NCBI GenBank assembly: GCA_965194545.1
Contig: CBDAEJ010000003.1
Coordinates: forward strand, 25,208 to 49,207
From: Oxalobacteraceae bacterium
GTDB lineage: Bacteria > Pseudomonadota > Gammaproteobacteria > Burkholderiales > Burkholderiaceae_D
Reading direction: 5' to 3'
DNA length: 24,000 nt
Of this stretch, positions 1 through 8,324 are shown piece after piece. The first letter of the stretch is position 1. The number at the start of each line of letters is the position of its first letter. The translations under genes and the position numbers were made by a program. Below the pieces are notes generated by a model. The model worked only from the letters and a program-made list of their open reading frames with translations, searched no databases and was not told the DNA's origin.

Positions 1-1
1 C

Positions 2-595
2 CAACTTGGTTTATCCGATTTCGGTCGTCGGGAGGGGTTTGTCGCGAGACAAATCGACCGTTGGTCACGTAATTTGCAGTCCTCACCGGTACCACCGAGT
101 GATGATATGCACTTCATGATGACCTGGCTGCCCCAGCACCTACCAGCGCAGACACGAAGCGCGCTGATTCATGGCGACTACCGACTGGATAATTTGATTT
201 TTCATCCGACTGAGCTGCGCGTGATCGGCGTCTTGGATTGGGAGCTGTCAACGCTAGGCGACCCGATGTCTGACTTTGCGTATCACTGCATGAGTTGGCA
301 TATACCGCACGACCTATGGCGCGGCATTGGCGGCTTGGACCTGCGTACGCTGGGTATTCCTGATGAGGCAAGCTATCGACGGTGGTATCTGCAGCGGGTA
401 AGCGGCGAGGCGGCGATTGATGAAGCGACCTGGCGCTTTTATTTGGGCTTTAACTTGTTTCGCATGTCTGCCATCTTGCATGGCATTGCCGAGCGCGCCC
501 AGCAGGGTAACGCTAATGCTGATGATGCAGTCGCCACCGGGCGCAAGGCGGTGCCGCTGGCGGCACTCGCGCGCCGAATGGTTGAGATGGTCTAG
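2..595 (+). CDS. APH-fold phosphotransferase family protein (C-terminal part; 5' end outside window)
   Basis: Frame 2 is open from the window edge to TAG at 593-595. It contains the APH/choline-kinase catalytic motif IHGDYRLDNLIF (HGD-x4-N) followed by VLDWELSTLGDP (DWE). The upstream in-frame residues ..FVARQIDRWSRNL.. are also typical of this family. Confidence 0.75.
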   Translation, partial: QLGLSDFGRREGFVARQIDRWSRNLQSSPVPPSDDMHFMMTWLPQHLPAQTRSALIHGDYRLDNLIFHPTELRVIGVLDWELSTLGDPMSDFAYHCMSWHIPHDLWRGIGGLDLRTLGIPDEASYRRWYLQRVSGEAAIDEATWRFYLGFNLFRMSAILHGIAERAQQGNANADDAVATGRKAVPLAALARRMVEMV

Positions 596-655
596 CCATT
601 ACACCGGACTGCATAGCGCTCGTACGCTAGAATCAGGATCTGCATCAACCGATGT

Positions 656-1621
656 TTGATCAAAGCCTCAAACGTGAATAACCCGATTTCCGAGCGCATC
701 GATGCCTTCTGCCGCCAGCGGCGCGTGCAGGCGAGTTCACTGATTGTTACCCTATTTGGTGATGCGGTACTGCCGCGCGGTGGCCGTGTCTGGTTGGGTA
801 GTCTGATTCGTCTGCTGGAGCCGGTGCAACTGAGTGAGCGATTGGTGCGTACTTCGGTATTTCGCTTGGTCAAAGATGGCTGGCTCAGCGCGGAGACCGT
901 CGGGCGACGTGCCAACTATGCACTGACCCCCTGGGGGCGCCGCCGTTTCGAAGAAGCTTCCAGCCAGATCTACGCCACGCGTGCGCCAGTATGGGATCGG
1001 CGCTGGCGCATGATGTTGGTGGTGGGCGAGCTGAGTAGTCGGCAACGCGAGCAACTACGTCGTACCTTATTCTGGAAAGGCTTTGGGTTGATCGGGCCAA
1101 ACTGCTTCATTCATCCCGGTGTCCAGCTCGGTGAAGTGATTGATGCGCTGTCTGCAGAGGGCTTGCAGAACTTGCTCCCACAATTGGTTCCGATGATGGC
1201 TGCAGACGTTCAGTCGACGCTCGCAGCATCAGATGCAGATCTGGTGGCGCGTGCCTGGGACCTTAGCGCACTTGGTCAATCCTATGCAGAGTTTGTGTCG
1301 CTGTACGCACCGATTTTTGCCTACACCAGAGACACTTCAGTCGCCGATGAGCAAGCATTCTTACTCCGTATGCTGTTGATTCATGACTATCGGCGCTTGC
1401 TCTTGCGCGACCCGGAATTGCCGGATGCCTTGCTACCGAAAGATTGGTCAGGGCGGCAGGCGAGGTTGCTGTGCAAGGAGCTATACAAGCGGCTGGAGGT
1501 GGCATCGGAGCGTCATCTCGATCACATACTTCGGCTGGCAGACCGTGCTCCATTAGTACGGGATAGCGCCTTGGCAGGCAGATTCCCCGAACAAGACATC
1601 CTCACTACTGCAGTGCCCTAG
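656..1621 (+). CDS. paaX: Phenylacetic acid degradation operon repressor PaaX
   Basis: The N-terminal region SSLIVTLFGDAVLPRGGRVWLGSLIRLLEPVQLSERLVRTSVFRLVKDGWL matches my recollection of E. coli PaaX (..SLYGD..GGEIWLGSL..RTALFRLNKEGWL). The gene lies next to paa genes. The start is uncertain: TTG at 656 or the in-frame GTG at 671. Confidence 0.85.
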   Translation: MIKASNVNNPISERIDAFCRQRRVQASSLIVTLFGDAVLPRGGRVWLGSLIRLLEPVQLSERLVRTSVFRLVKDGWLSAETVGRRANYALTPWGRRRFEEASSQIYATRAPVWDRRWRMMLVVGELSSRQREQLRRTLFWKGFGLIGPNCFIHPGVQLGEVIDALSAEGLQNLLPQLVPMMAADVQSTLAASDADLVARAWDLSALGQSYAEFVSLYAPIFAYTRDTSVADEQAFLLRMLLIHDYRRLLLRDPELPDALLPKDWSGRQARLLCKELYKRLEVASERHLDHILRLADRAPLVRDSALAGRFPEQDILTTAVP

Positions 1622-1663
1622 CCGCCGCCGCGGTAGCGCTGAGATTTAGCCAAAATGAGTGGC

Positions 1664-2671
1664 TCAAGTGGTGTGTTGATCTTCCGGAGTCCCATTGCGG
1701 TGCGTGACGGGCGGAAGCTCAATTCCTAGCGTGCGCTGAACAATGAATCGAGGTCGCCGCTTTGACTCCATATAGGTGCGGCCGAGGTACTCGCCGAGAA
1801 CGCCAATCCCTATCAGTTGTACGCCACCCAAAAACAGGATTGCCACCATGATGGACGGATAGCCGGGTACCTCATTGCCAAAAAATATTTTTTCGACGCT
1901 GAGTCTTACTGCCCAGATAAAGGCGAACCCGGCGACAGCGAAACCGAAGTAACTCCATACTCTGAGTGGCAGCGTACTGGACGAGGTAATGCCCTCGAGT
2001 GCAAGACGCCAAAGCCGGAAAACATTAAACTTCGAGCTACCGTGAGTTCTTGAGCGTCTGGTGTACGGGATGATGCTGGTTTTGAAGCCTACCCAAGAAA
2101 AAACTCCCTTCATGAATAGCTGGGTCTCGGGCAATTGGAGAATAGTGTCGACTACTTTACGAGACAGAAGCCGGAAGTCGCCCACGTTCTCGTTGATCTT
2201 TTGCTCTGCCAGTAGATTAATGGTTTTATAGAACAGGCCGGCACTCAGGCGCTTGGAGAAAGATTCCTGTTGACGATCCGTGCGCTGCGCGAGGACGACA
2301 TCAAAACCCTTGAAGTAGTGCTGCAACATCTCCGGTATCAAGTCCAACGGATCTTGCAGATCGACGTCGAAAGGTATGGCGACATCGCCACGGCAGAAAC
2401 TCAGGCCTGCCATCAAGGCGGGCTCTTTGCCAAAATTGCGAGACAACTGCACCAGCTTGATACGGTCATCGGACCGTAACAGCGCTTCAATTTTTGCGAC
2501 GGTCTGATCGGTACTGCCGTCATCAATGAACACCAGTTCGAAGCGGACATGGTCCGGCAGCGTCAGTCGTGTGACTTCCTCATAGAAATGATCAACCGCA
2601 GCTTCTTCGTTGAAGACGGGGAGGATGAAGGACAACAAACATGGGTCGGCAGGCATTGGCGTCATGGTCAT
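1664..2671 (-). CDS. Family 2 glycosyltransferase, GtrB/ArnC/DPM1-like polyprenyl-phosphate glycosyltransferase
   Basis: GT-A signatures are present: LSFILPVFNEE, VFIDDGSTDQT, SRNFGKEPA and a DVDLQDP (DxD-type) motif. Two C-terminal TM helices (FGFAVAGFAFIWAV, IMVAILFLGGVQLIGIGVLG) are typical of GtrB-like enzymes. I prefer the ATG at 2671 (MTMTPMP..), which is preceded by GGAAG. The longest ORF starts at GTG 2719. Confidence 0.8.
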   Translation of the reverse strand: MTMTPMPADPCLLSFILPVFNEEAAVDHFYEEVTRLTLPDHVRFELVFIDDGSTDQTVAKIEALLRSDDRIKLVQLSRNFGKEPALMAGLSFCRGDVAIPFDVDLQDPLDLIPEMLQHYFKGFDVVLAQRTDRQQESFSKRLSAGLFYKTINLLAEQKINENVGDFRLLSRKVVDTILQLPETQLFMKGVFSWVGFKTSIIPYTRRSRTHGSSKFNVFRLWRLALEGITSSSTLPLRVWSYFGFAVAGFAFIWAVRLSVEKIFFGNEVPGYPSIMVAILFLGGVQLIGIGVLGEYLGRTYMESKRRPRFIVQRTLGIELPPVTHRNGTPEDQHTT

Positions 2672-2725
2672 CGGTACTTCCGTGCCCTCGGACGTTTCGG
2701 AGTGCGAATCATATCGCACACTACG

Positions 2726-3823
2726 TCACCGCTCATCAAAACTCAAGCTCACACGGGCGCTCAGCGCGCGCGCCTGACAGCTCAGCACAAAACCCTGCGC
2801 CATTTCATCGGCTTCCAGTGTGAAGTTCTTGTCCATGCTGACCTCGCCCTCCAGCAGCTTTGCGCGGCAGGTGCAGCACACGCCGCCTTTGCAGGCGTAG
2901 GGTAGGTCAAGCCCAGCCTCCAGCGCTGCATCGAGCAGGTGCTCGTCGGCACTGACGGCAATCTCATGGTGCTTACCATCAACTACCACAGTGAGCGCGA
3001 TATTTTTGTTTTCCGGTTTCTCTTGAGGGTATCGGTCGGTATCGGCTTGCACCTTGGCAGCGACCGTTGGGCCGGAGGTAAAGCGTTCGGCATGCACTCG
3101 GTCCGCGGGAACGCCAGCCTCGATGAGCGCGGTTTCAGTTGCAATAATCATCGCCTCCGGCCCACAGATGAATACCTCGTCCATGCTCCTGACGGGGAGT
3201 AATGCGGCGATCATGGCGCGCACCTTGTCACCATCAATCCGACCTTGCAGCAACGCGACCTCTTGCGCTTGCCGCGACAGTACATGAATCAGCGTGAGAC
3301 GGTCTGGATAGCGATCTTTGAGATCTTGTAGCGCCTCGTTGAACATGACACTCGCCATCTTGCGGTTGCCATACACGAGCGTGAATTTGCTGTTCTTTTG
3401 TTCTTCCAGGCTTGAAGCTGCAATCGATAAAATCGGTGTAATGCCCGAACCAGCTGCAAACCCAACCCGATGAATCGCATGGGGCTTTTGTATGGTGAAG
3501 CGACCATCGGGTGGCATCACCTGAATGATGTCGCCCGCGCTCAGTTGCTGTGCAGCCCAGTTCGAGAACACGCCGCCTTCCACCGGCCGGATGCCGACTT
3601 CAAGTTCGCCTTGTCGCTCTAGCCGACTGCGCTCACAACTGATTGAATAATTGCGGCGCACTTCATGGCCGTTGATCTCGGCGCGTAGCGTCAGAAACTG
3701 CCCGGGTTCGAAGCGGAAAGCTTCTCGATGTGCCTCGGGTATCTCGAATGCAATGGCCACTGAGCCTGCAGCCTCAGGCGTGACACGCTTGACTCGCAGG
3801 GGATGAAAGCGGGCAGCGGACAT
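2726..3823 (-). CDS. paaE: Ring-1,2-phenylacetyl-CoA epoxidase reductase subunit PaaE
   Basis: 365 aa. It has an FNR-like FAD/NAD module (RNYSI, GSGITP) and a C-terminal plant-type 2Fe-2S ferredoxin motif (CKGGVCCTCRAKLLEGEV). It is the last gene of the paaABCDE block. Confidence 0.92.
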   Translation of the reverse strand: MSAARFHPLRVKRVTPEAAGSVAIAFEIPEAHREAFRFEPGQFLTLRAEINGHEVRRNYSISCERSRLERQGELEVGIRPVEGGVFSNWAAQQLSAGDIIQVMPPDGRFTIQKPHAIHRVGFAAGSGITPILSIAASSLEEQKNSKFTLVYGNRKMASVMFNEALQDLKDRYPDRLTLIHVLSRQAQEVALLQGRIDGDKVRAMIAALLPVRSMDEVFICGPEAMIIATETALIEAGVPADRVHAERFTSGPTVAAKVQADTDRYPQEKPENKNIALTVVVDGKHHEIAVSADEHLLDAALEAGLDLPYACKGGVCCTCRAKLLEGEVSMDKNFTLEADEMAQGFVLSCQARALSARVSLSFDER

Positions 3824-3835
3824 AGTGGTGGTTAT

Positions 3836-4345
3836 TTAATAAGGTTTGAAATAATCAAACGGCTCACGGCAATCAAGGCAGCGGTATAGGGCCTTGCACG
3901 CGGTTGAGCCAAAACGTGCGCTTTCTATCGTATTCAGTGATGCGCATTGCGGGCACGCCACCGGCTCAGGTGAGGGCGGATTGGCAGCAAATCGCACCAC
4001 ATCCACGTCAGCCTTCACGCTATGTGGTGGCGCGATGCCGTACGCCTTCAACTTCTGCTTGCCCTCGGGGCTCATCCAGTCTGTGGTCCATGCGGGCGCG
4101 AGTTGCGTGACCACGCGAGCGTTGATCTGGTGCTCTGCTAAAGCGGCGTATATATCGTCTTCAATCTGATTCATCGCTGGGCAACCGCTATACGTGGGCG
4201 TGATAACGACTTCTAGTTGACCATCTTCGGCCTCGCGCACTGCACGCAAGATACCAAGATCGCGAAGCGTTAATACCGGAATCTCCGGGTCGCACACATG
4301 ATCGAGCAACGCCCACGCGGTGGTAATGTGGTCACCAGGTCGCAT
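3836..4345 (-). CDS. paaD: Phenylacetate-CoA oxygenase subunit PaaD (DUF59/Fe-S assembly-like)
   Basis: 169 aa. It has a DUF59-type N-terminus (VCDPEIPVLTLRDLGILR, TPTYSGCPA) and a C-terminal Cys cluster (CPQCAS..CKALYRCLDCREPFDYFKPY) typical of PaaD. It overlaps the paaC stop by 14 nt. Confidence 0.9.
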   Translation of the reverse strand: MRPGDHITTAWALLDHVCDPEIPVLTLRDLGILRAVREAEDGQLEVVITPTYSGCPAMNQIEDDIYAALAEHQINARVVTQLAPAWTTDWMSPEGKQKLKAYGIAPPHSVKADVDVVRFAANPPSPEPVACPQCASLNTIESARFGSTACKALYRCLDCREPFDYFKPY

Positions 4346-5114
4346 GCGGTAGCGTACGCGCTAAGCTTTGCATCTCAGCCAGTAAATAGCCAAGGTGCTC
4401 TGAGTGCAGACCCAGTTTTCCTTCTGTCACATAGCCACCCACGGCAGGTCGCTGGAGTGTGGCTTCCGATAGTGCCTCATCAATGATGCGATCCCAATCA
4501 TTGCGGAGCGTTGCGACATCAACGCCGATGCCGACGTCCACCGCTGCGCTTTCCATCGGGCTATGAGTCCAGAATTCTTGTGTATAGGGGAACAGATGAT
4601 CGAGCGCCGCTTGCATACGTTGGTGCGATTCATCGGTGCCATCGCCCAGCTTTACTAACCAATCTCGGCTATGCTGAAGGTGATAGCGCACTTCTTTGAC
4701 GGATTTTTCGGCGATCGCGGCCAAGGTGGTATCGCTTGATTTTTTTAGCGCTTGCCAGAGCAGCGCCATCAGCGTGCTGTACAAAAAATTACGGACTATC
4801 GTCGTCGCAAAATCCAGCTCGCCTTGTGCATAGCCGACGAGCGGACCGTGATGCGGCAACTCAAGCAGGGTGTAATTTCGAAACTCGGCACCATCACGCA
4901 GATAAGCCAGCGTATCTTCCGTTGCATCGCCACCTTGTAGCTGCGCTGCGTATTGGTATAGCAGCCGCGCTTGACCAATCAGGTCGAGCGTGATGTTCGA
5001 CATGGCAATATCTTCTTCCAGAATCGGACCATGGCCGGTCCACTCTGCATTACGCTGGCCGAGCACCAACGCGTTATCAGCGAGGTGCAGCGTGTAGTCG
5101 AGGCTGACGTGCAT
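4332..5114 (-). CDS. paaC: Ring-1,2-phenylacetyl-CoA epoxidase subunit PaaC
   Basis: 260 aa, lying between paaB and paaD. N-terminal LADNALVLGQRNAEWTGHGPILEEDIAMSNITLDLIGQARLLY is typical of PaaC. Its ATG overlaps the paaB stop. Confidence 0.9.
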   Translation of the reverse strand: MHVSLDYTLHLADNALVLGQRNAEWTGHGPILEEDIAMSNITLDLIGQARLLYQYAAQLQGGDATEDTLAYLRDGAEFRNYTLLELPHHGPLVGYAQGELDFATTIVRNFLYSTLMALLWQALKKSSDTTLAAIAEKSVKEVRYHLQHSRDWLVKLGDGTDESHQRMQAALDHLFPYTQEFWTHSPMESAAVDVGIGVDVATLRNDWDRIIDEALSEATLQRPAVGGYVTEGKLGLHSEHLGYLLAEMQSLARTLPHATW

Positions 5115-5407
5115 TACATGTGGCCGACATCACCGGGGATGTCGTAAAAGGTAGGGTGGCGATAGATTTTGTCGGCGGCCGGATCAAACAGCTCGCCTTT
5201 GTCATCCGGACTGCTGGCAACGATATCTACGGAACGTACCACCCAGATACTCACGCCTTCCTGCCGACGGGTGTACACATCACGCGCCATATGCAGCGCT
5301 TGTGAAGCATCGGCGGCGTGCAAGCTGCCACAGTGCTTGTGTTCCAGCCCCTGTTTCGAGCGCACGAAGACTTCCCATAGTGGCCACTCTTTCAGTGTGC
5401 TACTCAT
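5114..5407 (-). CDS. paaB: Ring-1,2-phenylacetyl-CoA epoxidase subunit PaaB
   Basis: 97 aa. [26 protein letters not shown]...IWVVRS..IVAS...[15 protein letters not shown] closely matches conserved PaaB sequence. There is a 4-nt overlap with paaA. Confidence 0.93.
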   Translation of the reverse strand: MSSTLKEWPLWEVFVRSKQGLEHKHCGSLHAADASQALHMARDVYTRRQEGVSIWVVRSVDIVASSPDDKGELFDPAADKIYRHPTFYDIPGDVGHM

Positions 5408-6426
5408 GCAGCTTCCTTCGCTTCACGTGCAGCCCGCTTACGCGCATTCGCCACTGCGGCATCGCGTACCCATTGTCCGTCACGATCGGCTTTAACACGA
5501 GTAGCGAGGCGTTCTTTGTTGCAGGGGCCATCACCATTCACGGTGCGCCAGAACTCATCCCAATCAATTGGGCCATAGTCATAATGCCCGCGCGCTTCAT
5601 TCCACTTCAGATCAGGGTCGGGCAGGGTAACGCCAAGTATCTCGGCCTGAGGCACGGTGGCATCTACGAATTTCTGGCGTAGGTCATCGTTCGAGAAACG
5701 CTTGATGCCGTAGCGCATGCCAATTGCACTATTCGGACTATCCGCATCGGGTGGACCAAACATCGCCAGGCACTTCCACCACCAACGATTCACTGCATCC
5801 TGCACCATGGCGCGCTGCTCTTCGGTACCTCGCATCATCACGAGCAGTGACTCATAGCCTTGGCGTTGATGAAACGACTCTTCTTTGCAGACGCGGATCA
5901 TGGCACGCGCATAAGGGCCATAGGAGCACCGACACAGCGGAATCTGGTTCATGATCGCCGCGCCATCTACCAGCCAGCCGATGACGCCTACATCCGCCCA
6001 GTTGAGGGTAGGGTAGTTGAAGATCGAGCTATATTTGGCGCGACCGGTATGGAGGTCGTCGAGCATCTTGTCGCGCGATACGCCCAGTGTTTCAGCGGCC
6101 GAGTACAAATACAAACCATGGCCACCTTCATCCTGTACTTTGGCGATCAGAATCGCCTTGCGCTTCAGACTTGGTGCGCGCGAGATCCAGTTACCTTCGG
6201 GCAGCATGCCAACGATTTCACTATGTGCATGTTGGCTGATCTGCCGAATAAGCGTTTTACGGTATGCCTCGGGCATCCAGTCTTGGGGCTCGATACGGCC
6301 GTCATCGGCAATCTTCTGCTCGAAGGCGGTAACCTTCTCGGCCTCGTCAACGCTGATTACCGGTACCGGCTTAGGGCCATTGGCTTTGCCTTGGCCGTCA
6401 CCGACGCTGAAGGATTGGGTATACAT
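5404..6426 (-). CDS. paaA: Ring-1,2-phenylacetyl-CoA epoxidase catalytic subunit PaaA
   Basis: 340 aa. [37 protein letters not shown]...[20 protein letters not shown]...[25 protein letters not shown]...[11 protein letters not shown] is near-identical in motif content to E. coli PaaA (di-iron EExH-type ligands). Confidence 0.95.
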   Translation of the reverse strand: MYTQSFSVGDGQGKANGPKPVPVISVDEAEKVTAFEQKIADDGRIEPQDWMPEAYRKTLIRQISQHAHSEIVGMLPEGNWISRAPSLKRKAILIAKVQDEGGHGLYLYSAAETLGVSRDKMLDDLHTGRAKYSSIFNYPTLNWADVGVIGWLVDGAAIMNQIPLCRCSYGPYARAMIRVCKEESFHQRQGYESLLVMMRGTEEQRAMVQDAVNRWWWKCLAMFGPPDADSPNSAIGMRYGIKRFSNDDLRQKFVDATVPQAEILGVTLPDPDLKWNEARGHYDYGPIDWDEFWRTVNGDGPCNKERLATRVKADRDGQWVRDAAVANARKRAAREAKEAA

Positions 6427-6438
6427 ACAGCCTCCTGT

Positions 6439-7767
6439 TTACTGAATCTTGCGCTCGTCGATCACGCGTTTTGCTTTGCCAATCAGGGTGCGCGGAATTG
6501 TGTCGACATCCAGCAGCGTCACCGCCACGCTGATGCCCACACTGGATTTAATCCGCTGAGTCAGTGCCTGCACGACGGCATCACGCTCGCTGCCGGTAAG
6601 TGTGCCTGCATGACGCTGCAGCTCGCAGCGCACTTCCAGATTGTCCAAGGGTCCTTCGCGTGTGAGCACCAATTGGTAGGTGCCGCCTAAACGCGTGTCG
6701 AGCAGGATCTGCTCTTCAATTTGGGTCGGGAATACATTCACACCCCGGATGATCAGCATGTCATCCGAGCGTCCGGTGATCTTGCCGATACGTCGAAATG
6801 AACGCGCAGTGGGGGGTAGCAAGCGAGTGAGGTCGCGCGTGCGGAATCGAATCACCGGGAAGGCTTCTTTGGTGAGTGAGGTGAACACCAGTTCACCCTC
6901 TTGACCGTCTTCGAGTACCTCACCGGTTACGGGATCGATAATCTCGGGATAAAAATGATCTTCCCAGATCACCGGGCCATCTTTGGTCTCTACGCATTCG
7001 CTCGCGACACCAGGGCCGATTACCTCAGTCAGGCCGTATATATCCACCGCATCAATACCGAGGCGACGTTCGATCTCGGCACGCATGCCTTCGCCCCAGG
7101 GCTCGGCACCAAAAATCCCGACTCTAAGCGAGATCTCGTCTGCAGCAATACCGAGTCGTTCGAATGCTTCCGCAATCACCAGTGCGTAGGAGGGCGTGAC
7201 CATGATGCAGTCAGGACGAAAATCAATAATCTGCTGCACCTGCTTCTCGGTTTGTCCACCCGACATGGGTACCACACAACAACCCGCTTGCTCAATGCCG
7301 TAATGCGCGCCCAAGCCACCGGTAAACATGCCATAGCCATACGCGTTGTGCACCATATCGCCAGCACGCACACCCGCGGCACGTAGTGAGCGCGCGACGA
7401 CCTGCGCCCAATTCACTAAATCTTGTTTTGTGTAGCCCGCCACCACAGGTTTGCCGGTGGTGCCGGATGAGGCATGTAAGCGCGCAAGCTGCTCACGCGG
7501 TACGGCAAATAAACCAAATGGGTAGTGATCACGCAGATCGGTCTTGGTCATGAAGGGAAACTTCGCCAGATCCGACAAGGTTTTCATGTCATCGGGATGC
7601 ACGCCGACCGCAAGGCATTTGTCGCGAAATGCGTTGACATTGTCGTAGGTATGACGCAGCGTCCACTGCAGGCGTTGCAGTTGCAAGGTGGCGATCTCGT
7701 CACGGCTGGCGCGCTCGATCGGTTCGAGATTGTCAGGGGAGTACGCCATTACCATGACAGAGCCCAT
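6439..7767 (-). CDS. paaK: Phenylacetate-CoA ligase PaaK
   Basis: 442 aa. LEPIERASRDEIATLQLQRLQWTLRHTYDNV, the AMP-binding motif SSGTTGKP, and the C-terminal GKAKRVIDERK are typical of PaaK. The start may be ATG 7767, 7755 or 7749. Confidence 0.93.
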   Translation of the reverse strand: MGSVMVMAYSPDNLEPIERASRDEIATLQLQRLQWTLRHTYDNVNAFRDKCLAVGVHPDDMKTLSDLAKFPFMTKTDLRDHYPFGLFAVPREQLARLHASSGTTGKPVVAGYTKQDLVNWAQVVARSLRAAGVRAGDMVHNAYGYGMFTGGLGAHYGIEQAGCCVVPMSGGQTEKQVQQIIDFRPDCIMVTPSYALVIAEAFERLGIAADEISLRVGIFGAEPWGEGMRAEIERRLGIDAVDIYGLTEVIGPGVASECVETKDGPVIWEDHFYPEIIDPVTGEVLEDGQEGELVFTSLTKEAFPVIRFRTRDLTRLLPPTARSFRRIGKITGRSDDMLIIRGVNVFPTQIEEQILLDTRLGGTYQLVLTREGPLDNLEVRCELQRHAGTLTGSERDAVVQALTQRIKSSVGISVAVTLLDVDTIPRTLIGKAKRVIDERKIQ

Positions 7768-7808
7768 AGCTCACAAATAAACTTCTCATAGAAACACTGA
7801 CGAAATTT

Positions 7809-7844
7809 GATTCCGTCATTCGGGCGAAGCCCGGAATCCAGCAA
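7809..7844. repeat. REP-like GC hairpin unit (CGTCA-..GGGCGAAGCCC..-TCCAGCAA) in the paaI-paaK spacer
   Basis: 7814-7844 reads CGTCATTCGGGCGAAGCCCGGAATCCAGCAA. The stem is ATTC-GGGC / GCCCGGAAT around a GAA loop, with core GCGAAGC. An alternative outer pairing is GATTCCG (7809-7815) with CGGAATC (7832-7838). By my base-by-base comparison it is 25/31 identical to the unit at 16389-16419 on the opposite strand. Confidence 0.7.
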
Positions 7845-7859
7845 GCCATTAACGCTTCC

Positions 7860-8324
7860 TTACGCATGATCCGGCCCGCTAATGACTTCGCCACCAATGC
7901 GATGGCTCTTACCCCGAAACAGCGCAATTAATTTACCTTCAGCTGTACGCACCGTCACGTCGTACACGCCTGTGCGGCCGCTGGCTGAACGTTCAGTCGC
8001 TTCGGCCTGCAGTACTTCACCTTCCTTGGCCGGCGCAATGAAATCTACATGGCAAGCCGAGGCGACTGTTGTCTGGTTGTAGCTATTGCAGGCGTAGGCA
8101 AACGCGGTATCCGCCAGCGTAAAAATCATGCCGCCGTGGCAGATGTGATGACCATTCACCATATCGCTGCGTATCGGCATGCTAAGGGTGGCATGGCCCG
8201 GTGCGATGTGCTCAATACGCATCGCAAGCGCTTGTGCGGTTCGGTCACGCTCCCACATCGCGTGCGCGGTGGCGCTGGCGAGTGCTTGCGCGTCAGTCGG
8301 CAAAGTTTTTCCTGGCTCAGTCAT
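7860..8324 (-). CDS. paaI: Hydroxyphenylacetyl-CoA thioesterase PaaI (hotdog fold)
   Basis: 154 aa. ..ATLSMPIRSDMVNGHHICHGGMIFTLADTAFAYACNS.. is the PaaI/4HBT hotdog signature. There is an 8-nt overlap with the paaH stop. Confidence 0.9.
   Translation of the reverse strand: MTEPGKTLPTDAQALASATAHAMWERDRTAQALAMRIEHIAPGHATLSMPIRSDMVNGHHICHGGMIFTLADTAFAYACNSYNQTTVASACHVDFIAPAKEGEVLQAEATERSASGRTGVYDVTVRTAEGKLIALFRGKSHRIGGEVISGPDHA

Noticed and set aside
628-633. TAGAAT -10-like hexamers preceded by CGC (CGCTAGAATC) upstream of paaX (628-633) and again upstream of the carbonic anhydrase gene (about 16479-16484)
   Set aside because: They are good -10 matches, but I could not find acceptable -35 elements at 16-18 bp spacing in either case. 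The shared 10-mer may be coincidence, so I did not report them as promoters.
5860-6690. 276-aa + strand ORF spanning the paaA/paaK junction
   Set aside because: It is entirely antisense to two genes with very strong family matches (paaA, paaK). The translation has no recognisable motifs. It is a typical shadow ORF in GC-rich coding DNA.
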